The notes: generated by a model not told the origin, from the letters alone. A DNA stretch of 64,000 nt from Syntrophales bacterium (GCA_963668175.1 OY764159.1:4224001-4288000), one strand, 5' to 3'; shown: positions 27,745 to 38,991, counted from the first letter of the stretch. Made by a program: numbers and translations.

Positions 27745-29190
27745 TTATTTTTCAAAAGCCCTCTTCACAGGTACGTCTATATGTCCATTTCTCTTCGCAT
27801 AATATCCGCATACCCGATTGACCAGATAAATGATCCCAATATTCATGATGATTGCCCCAAAGAGAAGATAGCTTTGCCCTGGAACATATCCGAAATGTGC
27901 ATATCTGTAGGCAACGACTTGTCCAATCAAAGAACATAAAATCATATTCCCTCCGCCTAATTTATATACTACTATCTCAATTGCCGCAGCCAAGATTCCA
28001 AGAAGGACCATGGATATGAATAATACAGCCGAAGAGCCCTGATAATAGAAGAAACCTAAAACTCCGGGTACCGTTATAAAATGATGTTTTTTGGAATTCA
28101 TCGTGTCATATCCCGTCTTTGCTATATTTAAATCGTAAATGCTCGTACCGTAATCCGAATATTTTTCTTTCCAAACTTCTTTCCATAATTCCTGACCTAA
28201 TTTTCCATAACTCGATATCGCCAGAACACCCTCTATACCTACCCATCTGTTAACGAATAAGTTGTATGTCCTTCGCGTCACGTAACTAATTTTACTATCC
28301 ACGCTAGTCTCATGAATCGCGTTAGAATCATAATTGAATTTTCTCTCTCTTATCATGTTAACCGAGAATACTGAGCCTATAAACAAGAAAATGAACACAG
28401 CAAACACCACGATCTTGAATTTAGAAGTCATTCTGCAATCCCTATTTCTATCTATCTCAGCTGCTCCAAAAAAAAGCGCACTTGCATTAATGATCATAGC
28501 TCTACTCAGTATCGATATGCTCGAACAAAACGTTTCGAACAAGCTTATCACGGCTACTACGTAAATATCTTTTCTGTACCTAAGTTCGCATTCTATCACA
28601 ATTGCGGAAATTGATGCTAAACCAAAGAGCAATAACCATGTGTATACTCCATTGAGGCCAAAAGGCAGCACCGTTTCCGCAGCCAGTCCTCTTTGATACA
28701 CCCCAAGCCAGACATTTGTTGCTGCAATTATGACGACGAACGATACAAATGTTCCCAAGACAGCGCCTCTATTCTTTCTATAGAATATGCTCAGGTAGTT
28801 TTCGCCCGCATTTTTCGCATTTTTTTCATGACACCATATTTTTTCTCTTATGTAACTCGCGATAATTAATCCCGCAGCCCCGATGGTGCATACTAACAAC
28901 GCTCTGTCTGATGCGGGTCCCGAATAATCGAAATTGCCTGTCGCTTCAATAAATCGATATTTACAGAACAAAAGCACATATGTATATTTCATCCAAAATC
29001 CGAGCCAAAGGAATATACCGATGAATGTATCGAAAAATATTCTTTTCCGTCGGAACCCCGTGACTAACAAAATGTTAAATACTATCGAAAATAGTATATA
29101 TATATATGCATGCCCCGGATATATGTAAGATGCCGTAATTATTAATATCGAAATTATGCAATATATTATAGACGACATCCTTGGCATCAA
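27745..29190 (-). CDS. wzy: Polytopic membrane protein, probable O-antigen polymerase
   Basis: About 11 hydrophobic segments, large loop, AT-rich, located inside the glycan locus. Confidence 0.55.
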   Translation of the reverse strand: MMPRMSSIIYCIISILIITASYIYPGHAYIYILFSIVFNILLVTGFRRKRIFFDTFIGIFLWLGFWMKYTYVLLFCKYRFIEATGNFDYSGPASDRALLVCTIGAAGLIIASYIREKIWCHEKNAKNAGENYLSIFYRKNRGAVLGTFVSFVVIIAATNVWLGVYQRGLAAETVLPFGLNGVYTWLLLFGLASISAIVIECELRYRKDIYVVAVISLFETFCSSISILSRAMIINASALFFGAAEIDRNRDCRMTSKFKIVVFAVFIFLFIGSVFSVNMIRERKFNYDSNAIHETSVDSKISYVTRRTYNLFVNRWVGIEGVLAISSYGKLGQELWKEVWKEKYSDYGTSIYDLNIAKTGYDTMNSKKHHFITVPGVLGFFYYQGSSAVLFISMVLLGILAAAIEIVVYKLGGGNMILCSLIGQVVAYRYAHFGYVPGQSYLLFGAIIMNIGIIYLVNRVCGYYAKRNGHIDVPVKRAFEK

Positions 29191-29259
29191 TCCTATTCCT
29201 TGTTTAGGATATTCACGATTTAATTGACGATCATTCGTTGAAGTATAGCTTACGCCTTG

Positions 29260-31773
29260 TTAGAACCATCTAGGTCGGCATTTTTCATTCCCGATAACTT
29301 CTTCTTTCACGATTTCACTATCGCTTTTTCTTTGAATCATTTTCGAAAGCAATATTCCCCATATAAAAAAAGTGAAGATACCAGAGTAGGGCTGCCTGAG
29401 TCCGACTTTGACAAAATTATCAACAAATACAAGGTACATAACGATGATGCTTAAGACTAAATATTCAGGCGACTCCAGTATAAAGTGACGCTGTCTAAAT
29501 ATTTGGTGTGCTGAATAACCAATAAGAAATATCAATGGGATGAACGAGATAAAACCATAATTATAGATTAGATCCAAATAATAATTATGAGCACTCGGCA
29601 TTTCGTTCCTGTTCGGCCTTTGAACATTTCCAAAAAGAAATGGTTTAATGCCAGTCGTAATCCGCTGAAGATGATGACTCCAGTATTCTCTTCTTTGATA
29701 AGTCTTTTGGTTATTTAACTTATCAATCAGCGGAACGTTGCTGGTTGAAATATTTATCGGCTTATTCAGATCCTGCAGATCGCCCTTATGGAAAGCCGCA
29801 CTCACGATGTATCCTCCGAGACTTAAGTATCCATTGTTATTTTTCCCATAATATAAATATACGAATGACAACGTGAGTGCAATCGCGATTGAGATAATTA
29901 TAAGTTTATCAAAGTACTGTTTATAATAAATAACCAATAATGTTATGCCGAGATAAAATAATGATATAGTAGTAATCGAAACCGACATCGTAGCGTAGAT
30001 ACTGACGATCGGAATATAAATCAGCAAGATCAACCTAAAACGCTTCTCCCTCCAAAAAGCATATATAGCCATCAAAAAGGCGCAAACCAAAACTAGCGGC
30101 ACATATTGCAGATGTTGGTAAATGCTGAATAGAAATACTTTCGGATAAAGGAAATATGTTCCCTGAAGCCAGGTAGATAATAGTTGCAATGGTATAATTA
30201 TCATTACAACATATAGAAATGCTCTGTACATGGTCCCTTCTTCATCCTTAAGGTTCCCATAAAGTTGTCCCAACACAAGTGCCACCATGGGCAATATGAA
30301 TTGCAGCAAGAATATGAGTTTTGCACTCATCCGCTCATGATTCATCCCGGAAGATGCGAAGGAAGCGATTAACATCGCGACATACATGGCAAACAGAAAG
30401 CTCAGGGAAAGATATGCATGTCTGTATCTGCTGATTAACGGGATGAATATAAAACACGCGAAGGCAGAGATTGGAATCGGCAGATTTGATAAGATACCGC
30501 GTGAATCAAAGACCATGGCCGAATCGCTAAATATACCTGAATTAAACTGAACAAACACCGGAAGAAGGATTAATGCGGCAACGACCATTTTGAAGGAGCT
30601 TTTAGATGCAAACACAAATTCTTTACTAGCCCCGATATCTTGCCTCTCGGAGCACCAATAAAACACATAGGCGAGAATTGCGCTGATCAAATACAAAACC
30701 ATTAATGCGTTAATGCCCAAGATATAATACATATAAGGCACACATGCTATAATAAGAAGATTCATCAATAAATCCGGACCGAATAGATTGTTGTCGTCAT
30801 GTAATTGAAGTATACGAAAACGGATCATTTGCGCGTAAACCATAACAACGCCGCCAACGAGAGATGCGCCAATTGAACCCCATAAGAGGTTGGATCTTTT
30901 TAGATATGCTAAAGATACATTATACAATTCAGGATATTGAGAGCAGATAAAGAGAACCATGCCCGATATTACAGTGAAGCCAAGCAGTAAATTAATCCTA
31001 AAGGTAAAGAAGGATTGCCTGTTTACATCTTCGTAAAGAACGACGCTCGGTCCTAATACTTGCGCGAATAAAGATCCGATCATTCCACCTAATGCAAAGG
31101 AAGTGAAGAGAATCCCGGCTATTTCTTTGCCGGCAATCAAGAGTATAATTAGTCTAAACACATACAGGGTGACGCCAATAATCATCGTCGAGCCGAATTG
31201 CGGGAGCATCAGGCGCCATAAAAACTGAAATGATGTTTCACTTTGCAATGTCCCATATACGAATCTTGCCGACAACAAGAATGGTGAAAGAGCCCATATA
31301 TACAAACCCAAAAAAGGCACGGGAAGGGAATAGAGAAGCCAGACCACAGCTATAAGGAAGCCAACTATTTGTAGGCATATAAAATTACGGGCAAATGTTT
31401 TATGATTCTCCAATTCCATTTTGCTCAGATGTATATCTGATATCCATTCCACACACCGTCTTAAAATAAGGGCAACAACAAAGTAGACACTTGCGTCACT
31501 CGATATCGAACACAAGAAATACGCTACGAGGGCTAACGGCAGAAGCAAAATCAATCGGGTCCAAGTGATTGATTCGATACTTATTTGTGACAAGGGATTC
31601 AGGATAATACTTCGAGAATTAGCCGAGAACGAGAGAAAAAGGGCGGCAATCGCCCCTTGTATAATACCAACATCCGCTGCAAGATGAGATTGTCCGCTTA
31701 TGCCGAGAATAACCATCAGGGCAGTCATGGCGAAAGTATTCCATGCAAATGCAATGGGAAACAGATAGTTCAT
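29260..31773 (-). CDS. 837-aa polytopic membrane protein: flippase-like N-half plus O-antigen ligase/polymerase-like C-half
   Basis: More than 20 hydrophobic segments; C-terminal RREYW...SAHNYYLDLIYNYG (Wzy_C-type HN motif). Confidence 0.6.
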   Translation of the reverse strand: MNYLFPIAFAWNTFAMTALMVILGISGQSHLAADVGIIQGAIAALFLSFSANSRSIILNPLSQISIESITWTRLILLLPLALVAYFLCSISSDASVYFVVALILRRCVEWISDIHLSKMELENHKTFARNFICLQIVGFLIAVVWLLYSLPVPFLGLYIWALSPFLLSARFVYGTLQSETSFQFLWRLMLPQFGSTMIIGVTLYVFRLIILLIAGKEIAGILFTSFALGGMIGSLFAQVLGPSVVLYEDVNRQSFFTFRINLLLGFTVISGMVLFICSQYPELYNVSLAYLKRSNLLWGSIGASLVGGVVMVYAQMIRFRILQLHDDNNLFGPDLLMNLLIIACVPYMYYILGINALMVLYLISAILAYVFYWCSERQDIGASKEFVFASKSSFKMVVAALILLPVFVQFNSGIFSDSAMVFDSRGILSNLPIPISAFACFIFIPLISRYRHAYLSLSFLFAMYVAMLIASFASSGMNHERMSAKLIFLLQFILPMVALVLGQLYGNLKDEEGTMYRAFLYVVMIIIPLQLLSTWLQGTYFLYPKVFLFSIYQHLQYVPLVLVCAFLMAIYAFWREKRFRLILLIYIPIVSIYATMSVSITTISLFYLGITLLVIYYKQYFDKLIIISIAIALTLSFVYLYYGKNNNGYLSLGGYIVSAAFHKGDLQDLNKPINISTSNVPLIDKLNNQKTYQRREYWSHHLQRITTGIKPFLFGNVQRPNRNEMPSAHNYYLDLIYNYGFISFIPLIFLIGYSAHQIFRQRHFILESPEYLVLSIIVMYLVFVDNFVKVGLRQPYSGIFTFFIWGILLSKMIQRKSDSEIVKEEVIGNEKCRPRWF

Positions 31774-31878
31774 AATTTTATGCAGATATAATATACATTA
31801 TGAATATTAAATACAAGTAAAATGATTAAATATTATCACGCACATTAACACACGAATATCTTTTTATTCGCGGGTTAA

Positions 31879-33015
31879 TCATTCCTCATCCAACTCTCCA
31901 ATGGCCTTCCATGTCAGGATAGACGTATCTTTCCAGTCATATATCAGGGAACGTTCTTTCGCCTGCATGGATAACCTCTCAATTTCCGTAGGCTTATCGA
32001 TAAAAGTGCAGATTTTATTCGCTAATTCGTCAGGCGAGACCGGATCAAAATAGACCACGGCATCACCGCCGAACTCAGGCATCGGCGGACGGTCAGAAAC
32101 AACCAAAGGCCTTCCGGCACCCAGAGCCTCAAGAAGAATATTCGGACAATTCTCACACTCCGACGCAAAAATATTAACTTTTGCGTGATAATAGACGGAC
32201 GGTAGGTCTTCGTAGGGAATATTCCCGGGAAGCAGAATATCGCCCTGTAGCCGGAGTCTTTTTATTTCCTCAATCACTCGTTTTCCATAATCCGTCGAAT
32301 GGACGCCTGCCAGGACCAATTTTTCCGATGTCTTCCGGAGTTGTTTAAGACGGTGAAAACCCCTGACGACTTCCATCTGATTCTTATAAACATCAAAAAT
32401 GGAAACATAGAGCAAATAACCTGCGCCATCCTCGGGCAGCCATGACAGCCTTTGCGGCACTTTCGCATCATCTATTTTGAAACGCTCCGTAAGTCCATGA
32501 TTGATGGTTATGGCTTTCTTCAATCGGCCTCTCAATCGGTCCTCAATAAGCTGGCGCGGATAATCCGCAATGAAAATGACAAGATCGGCATTTTGCATGC
32601 TTCGCAACATAGCCTTTTCAAGTATCCAGTTGCGCAGACGTTCCAGCCCCAAAGGATATTTGGCCCGCTGAATATAATCGAACGGAAGCATGTTGCGAAA
32701 CATCGTAACAGTCTTGCAGCCGGGCGGCGGCTTTGTATTGATAAGCCCTCCGGGGCAGAAAAGCACGTCAGCCTTCAACTCTTTCAGCAACCGGGGAAGC
32801 ATCATTTTTTCCCAGCATGCCCTTAAGAGAGGATTTTCCGTAGGCCAATCGATCGGCAACCTGATGATCCTAGGTGCTGCCGGGATAGAGAGGGAATCTG
32901 GCACCAATACAAAGAACATCGCATCCTGGAAATCTTCCGTATATCTCAGCAGATTAGCCAGATAGGTCTGCCCGCCTCCTCGGCGGGCAGAGAAGGCGTT
33001 TATGATGATATTCAT
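31879..33015 (-). CDS. GT4 glycosyltransferase
   Basis: GGGQTY, YKN, SECENCPNILLEA; start at ATG 33015 (MNIIIN) avoids overlap with asnB. Confidence 0.88.
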   Translation of the reverse strand: MNIIINAFSARRGGGQTYLANLLRYTEDFQDAMFFVLVPDSLSIPAAPRIIRLPIDWPTENPLLRACWEKMMLPRLLKELKADVLFCPGGLINTKPPPGCKTVTMFRNMLPFDYIQRAKYPLGLERLRNWILEKAMLRSMQNADLVIFIADYPRQLIEDRLRGRLKKAITINHGLTERFKIDDAKVPQRLSWLPEDGAGYLLYVSIFDVYKNQMEVVRGFHRLKQLRKTSEKLVLAGVHSTDYGKRVIEEIKRLRLQGDILLPGNIPYEDLPSVYYHAKVNIFASECENCPNILLEALGAGRPLVVSDRPPMPEFGGDAVVYFDPVSPDELANKICTFIDKPTEIERLSMQAKERSLIYDWKDTSILTWKAIGELDEE

Positions 33016-33032
33016 AGATGCCTCTCTTTTGC

Positions 33033-34898
33033 CTAATTTGCCGATCTCGCCCTGCTGCGAAAATCGAGCAGCATGAGAATAGCCCACAATAACGGATGAA
33101 CATTCCGCTTGCCGGATTGATGCAAGCTCCACAGATTGAGAACCGAATCCTGATTCAGAGGCAGCGATTGAAAGAGCGACGTATCCTGAAGTCTCTCTTC
33201 ACCCCAATCCTTGAGAGGACCTCTCAACCAGGCATCAATTGGCACTGCAAATCCCATTTTAGGACGGTCCAGCAATTCTTTCGGAACAAATCTATAAGCC
33301 AATTTTCTCAACAGATATTTGTTTACGCCGTCTTTCAATTTCCATGAGACAGGGAGCTTCATCGCCCAGTCGACCAAGTCGTGCTCCAAGAGAGGATCTC
33401 TCGATTCAAGAGAAAAGGCCATGCTTGCAACATCGACTTTCTGGAGATAATCGTCCGGCAGCGTGAAAAGAGCATCCAGCCGCATTCCCTTTTCGCTTGG
33501 ATGCAAATCATCGGAGAAATCTTTCTCGGCGAGCTTGAATAATTCACGTATGCCATGGGTTTTCTTCAATACGTCATCATTGAAAAACCCCGAGAAATCT
33601 TTTGCAATGCTCCGCGAAAATGCGAACGCGGTTACAATATCCGATTGAGAGAGCGCTCCCGCCAGCAGTCTCAGCTGATGCATAGGAAGCAGACCGATTG
33701 CTGAACTTGCGAGACGGCGGAAGGCATCCGGCAGTCCGTATAAGAAATGAATTTTCTCGATGATCTGATAATAATGATAGCCACCGAAAAGTTCATCCCC
33801 GCCGTCGCCGGACAGACTGACGGTAACGTGCTTTCTGGCCAGGCGGGACACCGCCATGACAGGAAAAGCTGAACTGTCAAAGAACGGCTCGTCGAATTCT
33901 TCAACAAATGTCGGCATCAGAGCAAGCAACTCGTCAATGTGCAAGTTTTCCGATTTATGATCGGTTTCTAAATGATTTGCCACTTCCGATGCAAAACCGC
34001 TTTCATCGTACTGCTTCTCGGAAAAACCAATGGTAAACGTTTTCACCGGCCGGTTGCTGTGTCTTCTCATCATGGCCACAACCAGCGAACTGTCAATCCC
34101 TCCCGACAGAAAGGCCCCCAAGGGAACATCGCTTATCATACGGGATTTGACACTTCTTGATATGATCTCCTCCAATTCTTCGAGTAAGTCCTCTTCGCTT
34201 CTATTGACCCATGATGTTTCCGGCCTTATTTTTCTGAAATCCCAATAGCGTTCGATTCTGAGGCCTTTTTCATCGATCATCAGGAAATGAGCCGGCGGAA
34301 GCTTCTTTACCGACTTGTATATGGAATACGGTGCAGGGATATAGCCGCACTCAAGATACAACCGGAGCGCCTGCTCATCTGTATCTCTTGACAAGGATTT
34401 ATCAAGGGCAAAAAGGGCTCGCGGCCTGGATGAAAAAATGAAACTGCTTGCCGAGTGATGGTAATAAAATGGCTTGACCCCCATGCGGTCCCTTGCGGCA
34501 AAAAGTCTTTTTTCCAATCGGTCCCATATTGCGAATGCAAACATCCCGTGAAAATATTGAAGGCATCCCGAACCCCACTTTCCAAATGCCGCAAGGATGA
34601 CCTCGGTGTCGCTGTTGCTCCGCCATTGCCCACCAAGATTCTTACGCAATTCCTGGAAATTGTATATCTCCCCGTTGAAAACAATGACATATCTCCCGTC
34701 GTCCGAAATCATGGGCTGATGTCCCGTTTCGGTTAAATCAAGAATGGCAAGCCGCCGGTGCCCCATGCCGACATATTCATCATGCCAAGCGCCTGTATCG
34801 TCTGGACCTCTCTTTTGCAGCATTTCTGCAGCTTTCAGCAAGAGATCGGCATCTCCGCGGAACCCCTTGCTCTGATAAATACCGACGATGCCGCACAT
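33033..34898 (-). CDS. asnB: Glutamine-hydrolyzing asparagine synthase-family amidotransferase (glycan amidation)
   Basis: MCGI N-terminal Cys, RGPD, NGEIYN, DRMGVKP, LSGGIDS, GDGGDE. Confidence 0.92.
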   Translation of the reverse strand: MCGIVGIYQSKGFRGDADLLLKAAEMLQKRGPDDTGAWHDEYVGMGHRRLAILDLTETGHQPMISDDGRYVIVFNGEIYNFQELRKNLGGQWRSNSDTEVILAAFGKWGSGCLQYFHGMFAFAIWDRLEKRLFAARDRMGVKPFYYHHSASSFIFSSRPRALFALDKSLSRDTDEQALRLYLECGYIPAPYSIYKSVKKLPPAHFLMIDEKGLRIERYWDFRKIRPETSWVNRSEEDLLEELEEIISRSVKSRMISDVPLGAFLSGGIDSSLVVAMMRRHSNRPVKTFTIGFSEKQYDESGFASEVANHLETDHKSENLHIDELLALMPTFVEEFDEPFFDSSAFPVMAVSRLARKHVTVSLSGDGGDELFGGYHYYQIIEKIHFLYGLPDAFRRLASSAIGLLPMHQLRLLAGALSQSDIVTAFAFSRSIAKDFSGFFNDDVLKKTHGIRELFKLAEKDFSDDLHPSEKGMRLDALFTLPDDYLQKVDVASMAFSLESRDPLLEHDLVDWAMKLPVSWKLKDGVNKYLLRKLAYRFVPKELLDRPKMGFAVPIDAWLRGPLKDWGEERLQDTSLFQSLPLNQDSVLNLWSLHQSGKRNVHPLLWAILMLLDFRSRARSAN

Positions 34899-34916
34899 AA
34901 TGGTTATCTCTATTCC

Positions 34917-35966
34917 TCAGTTGAGTGAATCCAACACGATTTTCATTCTGTGATACCAGGTATGTTCTTTTCTGACGCGCTCGTATCCTTGCTCCGCAAT
35001 CTTCAGTCTCTCCCGATCGTTTTTGATATAAAACCTGATCTTATCCTTCAATTCGTCCATATTTTTATAGCAAACGATCTCTTCTCCTATGTTAAACATC
35101 TCCTCCAGCCCTTCTTTATAATCGACCATCGAGAAAGCCCTACAGGCCGGTATTTCGAACGTCCTTGTATTCACACCATAGAGAGACTGTGGATGATTAA
35201 TATTCAAATTTATTTTCGATGCGCAGTATATCTTCTTCACGGTTTCACCCGACGCTTTCCCGCGATAGTAATCACCTTTCATCTTATCCTTGTGTCTGTC
35301 CCAATAGTCCCCAAACACACCAATCCGAACATTATTCAGTTCATTAAAGAGATTGATTCTGTTTTGAAAAGGCATGCCGACAAAAGATACATCAAACGCA
35401 TACCGGCCTCTCTCTTCGTCGGTTAACTGGACATTCCTGTATATTTCATCATCGGCAGCCAGAGGAAGATAGGCCACATTTGAAATACCTCTTCTTTTAA
35501 CGACGTCTACATAGTGCTTGTCGAAAACGAAAATACGGCTGTAATGCTTCATTCCCCTTTCAAAATTGTTTGTCCTGAATTCATCTCCCGCGGTCACGCC
35601 ATCACCTGAATAGAACGGATCGTCCCATTGATATGAGATGCATGGAATTTCGATCTTTTTTAAACTTTGCAGTGTCTGCGGTAGAATACTGTCTCCCTTC
35701 ACAATAAAAATTAGAGCGGGCTTTATTTGCTTCGCATTTCGCAGGTATCTTCTGTTCTCATGTCTCAGGGCCGCAAGTAGCAGCGGATTCAGTACACTCC
35801 TTGTCATTCCGTACATTCTCGTGATTTTACCTAACACTCTTTCCCAAATCTGCATGTTCAGGCCAAAGAGGGTGCTTTCATAACCCAGCCTTTCGAAGGC
35901 CCTTTTGATGGATTCATCCAAACCGTAATACTGGGGTGCTAAGATAATAACGCTACGGCTTTTCAT
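34917..35966 (-). CDS. CgeB-family (Glyco_trans_1_2-like) glycosyltransferase
   Basis: WDDP, LPLAAD, SFVG, SKINLN, NTRTFE, EHTWYHR. Confidence 0.8.
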   Translation of the reverse strand: MKSRSVIILAPQYYGLDESIKRAFERLGYESTLFGLNMQIWERVLGKITRMYGMTRSVLNPLLLAALRHENRRYLRNAKQIKPALIFIVKGDSILPQTLQSLKKIEIPCISYQWDDPFYSGDGVTAGDEFRTNNFERGMKHYSRIFVFDKHYVDVVKRRGISNVAYLPLAADDEIYRNVQLTDEERGRYAFDVSFVGMPFQNRINLFNELNNVRIGVFGDYWDRHKDKMKGDYYRGKASGETVKKIYCASKINLNINHPQSLYGVNTRTFEIPACRAFSMVDYKEGLEEMFNIGEEIVCYKNMDELKDKIRFYIKNDRERLKIAEQGYERVRKEHTWYHRMKIVLDSLN

Positions 35967-36873
35967 TCCAGATTCTTTCCGTCTCCTTCATCTTGAGCAA
36001 CCCCTCCTTGATGCCCAACGGCATTAACTTAAGTTCATCCTCCATCTTTCTTGTTCTGTAGGACGTATCCTTGGGCCTAGGAACCATGCCCTTGAAGAAA
36101 TCATGACCGACCGATTTGACCATGTTGTCATCCAAACCGAAGACTTGAGCTGCGGTTCGTATGAACTCAAAAATGCTGACGCGATCCCGCCCTGCAATAT
36201 TAAATGTCTCCCAACGGCTCTCATCGACTATTTTTCTTATAGCCTCCGCGCACTGCTCAACATACAGAGGCATGACATAGACATCTCCATAGCCCATGAA
36301 CGTATCGCCGTGTCTCAACTTCTCAACAGCCATGGTTACAATATTGGATCTTTCCGAAGGATTATGCCATCCATACAATATATTCGGCCTTATAATTGCC
36401 GACGTTATTTTTCTGCCTTTAATGATCGTTTCACCTGCTAATTTGATTTCTCCGTAATAATTGACCGGTTTCGCTTCATCCGACTCACCGTAAGGAGCGC
36501 AATTTCCATCGTATATGCCGTTTGAAGAAATATACACGTACTTTGCCCCGTACTCTTCGCAGAGCGAGACAATTTTCTCTGTTCCGCCGATATTGATATC
36601 CCAGGTAATTTGTCTGTTATTTTCCGCATAATCCGGACTTCCGATACTTGCCGTATGGATCACGACATTCGGCTTAAAAGATTTGAATAGTCTGCTGTAG
36701 CTATCGTGATCCCTGATATCCATTTTTTCATAACGAACGGCTTGTGTATGCTCAACCTTATAGTCGCCCACATACGTCGAAACGATCTCGTGATCGACCC
36801 GGAATTTCCCGATCAGAGAGTATCCCAAAAGCCCGGTTCCACCTGTAATTAATATCCTGCGTTTATCTTCCAT
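35953..36873 (-). CDS. RmlD-like SDR oxidoreductase
   Basis: TGGTGLLG, YISS, PVNYYGEIKL, PRPKD. Confidence 0.85.
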   Translation of the reverse strand: MEDKRRILITGGTGLLGYSLIGKFRVDHEIVSTYVGDYKVEHTQAVRYEKMDIRDHDSYSRLFKSFKPNVVIHTASIGSPDYAENNRQITWDINIGGTEKIVSLCEEYGAKYVYISSNGIYDGNCAPYGESDEAKPVNYYGEIKLAGETIIKGRKITSAIIRPNILYGWHNPSERSNIVTMAVEKLRHGDTFMGYGDVYVMPLYVEQCAEAIRKIVDESRWETFNIAGRDRVSIFEFIRTAAQVFGLDDNMVKSVGHDFFKGMVPRPKDTSYRTRKMEDELKLMPLGIKEGLLKMKETERIWNEKP

Positions 36874-37110
36874 GTACAGAATCTCTCATCAGAATGTATT
36901 ATCGATTATCGTTCTTATCTCTCGTCGACCAGAACCGCTTGACGCTCCGCAAATTCATTTTCGTTCCGGCATCGAATCAGCAACGCTCGTTCTGCTTAAT
37001 TCACGATACGCCACGCTTTTTATTACAATAAAGAACTGGAGTTGGGATGGATTTCTGAATTATCGATGGTCAAAGAAAGATGAACCTGATCGACTGTTCC
37101 TCGCTTATTG

Positions 37111-38991
37111 TCAATTCAGTGGTGGATCAGCCGAAACCGATTCCAGACATTTTTTCCAGCGCGGCATTTTTCTATCGAGGCAGAAATACGGCTCCACTTT
37201 ATCAATATCATCACATTCCAGAACGCTGCGAAGAGCCTGTGCCAATTCCTTATGATTCGTCACGTATGTCACATTCCGCAAACCGCGCAACGGACTCAAA
37301 TTCAAGGCATTGCCGTCCAGCATCGAAACGACCGGAATTCCGGCACAATACGCGTCTACGGCCCCAGAGGTTATGTTGCTTGAATAAACAACGTCACATT
37401 GATGGAGCAAATCCGCCAATGGCAATGAGAGGTCCTGCAAGTGTAACGAAGGATAATCACTTTCCTTTACGGGGCAGTTAGGATGTGACTTAATAATATA
37501 ACAGGTATCAGCCGGCAATAAAGAAGCTGCGGCAGTCAACCATTGCATTTGCTGACGGGTGATAGGAGCCGAATAATCCCCTAAGATGAGAACACGTCTC
37601 GACATTAATGCCTTTGGCTTCTTGGCACGCTTTTCTTTCATATCCGCAAGATAAAGGTACCGTAAAGCCTCTGCTTCCATAATCTGATCCATCGGATACG
37701 CACTTTCTTGATAGCATTTCATGGCTGCCGGACCATTAAGAACCACTCTATCCGGCAGAGGTAAAGCATTCTTGCCAGTCGGTCTGTAACTGCGTGGATC
37801 AAAGAAATAACGTAAATCCCAATATCGGATCGTTGAATGCGGGACGCCGATCAACGTCCCATGCCCGGCAGCCCGCCAGGCATGAATAAATCCCATTTCC
37901 CAACCCTGATTTTCCTGAAGATAGACACCTAGTTTCTGGGGCGGTAAATTTCCAATCGTTCGCTCGAACAGATTCAGGCATAAGCAGTTTAATATCGCGA
38001 CCGGGCCTCGCATCGAATTGAACCATTCCTGTTTAAATAGCGGCCATAAATCTAGTTTTGACCCGGTGGGGCAAAAGTGGGTATTGATTCCAGCCAGCCA
38101 TCGACTAATCCATACGAGGCGACTATAATCAGACAGCGAGGCAAACACTGCAGAAATGCTGAGTGCGCTATCCAGACAGCTATGGGATTGTCCTTTGACA
38201 CCGCACTGATTGAAACGCGCGATTACGTTCCTCGCCTCCTTGGTAGATGCAACAGCATTATGTTGAATATAATGATGGAGCCAGTTAACCTTCGATCCTG
38301 ACTGATCGAGCACATCGATCAGATCCGTCCAGAAATTGGACGCAAATTTGCCAGTCGTCAAAGCTTTTTGGTCCAGATGAATGAGATAGTCGACGAAAGT
38401 CATTTCACTTCCGCCGCCCACGGTTTGCTTCCTCAAAGGCCAGCGTTTCCAAACATAATGTACCAGTGTTATGAACGCCTGAATCAGATTGGGCAATGAG
38501 CGATATACTCTTTTAATCCAATGGTCAGATTCAACCTGCTTCTCTAATGGGCGCCATTCAAATGCCAACCCGGCACGATGGCACCATGATCGAAAAGTCT
38601 TCACCAATGCTTTATTACGACTTGCCAAGATAATTCTGGTAACTTGATGAGCAGCTACCAGTTCTTCAAGCACTAGCAGTTTAAAAACATGTATTACATG
38701 AAATGATTTATATGCATTGCATTTCTCGGAAATTAAGGTCATCCACCAATAACTGAAACCTGGACGAAGCTCCAAATGATCTATTAACCGTTTACCGTTG
38801 ACATGCGACTCTCCTAAGTCATAAATCCAGGCAAGGTATCGCTTCTTCAGTACATCGGCTCGCTGTTCCACGAGTCTGGGGAGTGAATATGTCGAATCGG
38901 CATTATCCCCATAACTCCGCCAGAGAACAGGAATCCACTTCCCTTCCGGGGGCAAGCCTTCAGTGTCCCATATAATCCATGTCTTTGTCAT
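37111..38991 (-). CDS. Surface carbohydrate biosynthesis protein (TIGR04326/LIC13510-like; probable GT-B transferase)
   Basis: SYWWMT..EK, YLQENQGWE, HSTIRYWDLRY, EALRY, HP, LNLSPL motifs. Confidence 0.7.
   Translation of the reverse strand: MTKTWIIWDTEGLPPEGKWIPVLWRSYGDNADSTYSLPRLVEQRADVLKKRYLAWIYDLGESHVNGKRLIDHLELRPGFSYWWMTLISEKCNAYKSFHVIHVFKLLVLEELVAAHQVTRIILASRNKALVKTFRSWCHRAGLAFEWRPLEKQVESDHWIKRVYRSLPNLIQAFITLVHYVWKRWPLRKQTVGGGSEMTFVDYLIHLDQKALTTGKFASNFWTDLIDVLDQSGSKVNWLHHYIQHNAVASTKEARNVIARFNQCGVKGQSHSCLDSALSISAVFASLSDYSRLVWISRWLAGINTHFCPTGSKLDLWPLFKQEWFNSMRGPVAILNCLCLNLFERTIGNLPPQKLGVYLQENQGWEMGFIHAWRAAGHGTLIGVPHSTIRYWDLRYFFDPRSYRPTGKNALPLPDRVVLNGPAAMKCYQESAYPMDQIMEAEALRYLYLADMKEKRAKKPKALMSRRVLILGDYSAPITRQQMQWLTAAASLLPADTCYIIKSHPNCPVKESDYPSLHLQDLSLPLADLLHQCDVVYSSNITSGAVDAYCAGIPVVSMLDGNALNLSPLRGLRNVTYVTNHKELAQALRSVLECDDIDKVEPYFCLDRKMPRWKKCLESVSADPPLN

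Noticed and set aside
33015..33132. N-terminal extension of the 417-aa GT4 ORF (similarly for ORFs starting at 53649, 55801 and 61604)
   Set aside because: Extensions overlap upstream genes; downstream ATGs give normal spacing or ATGA coupling
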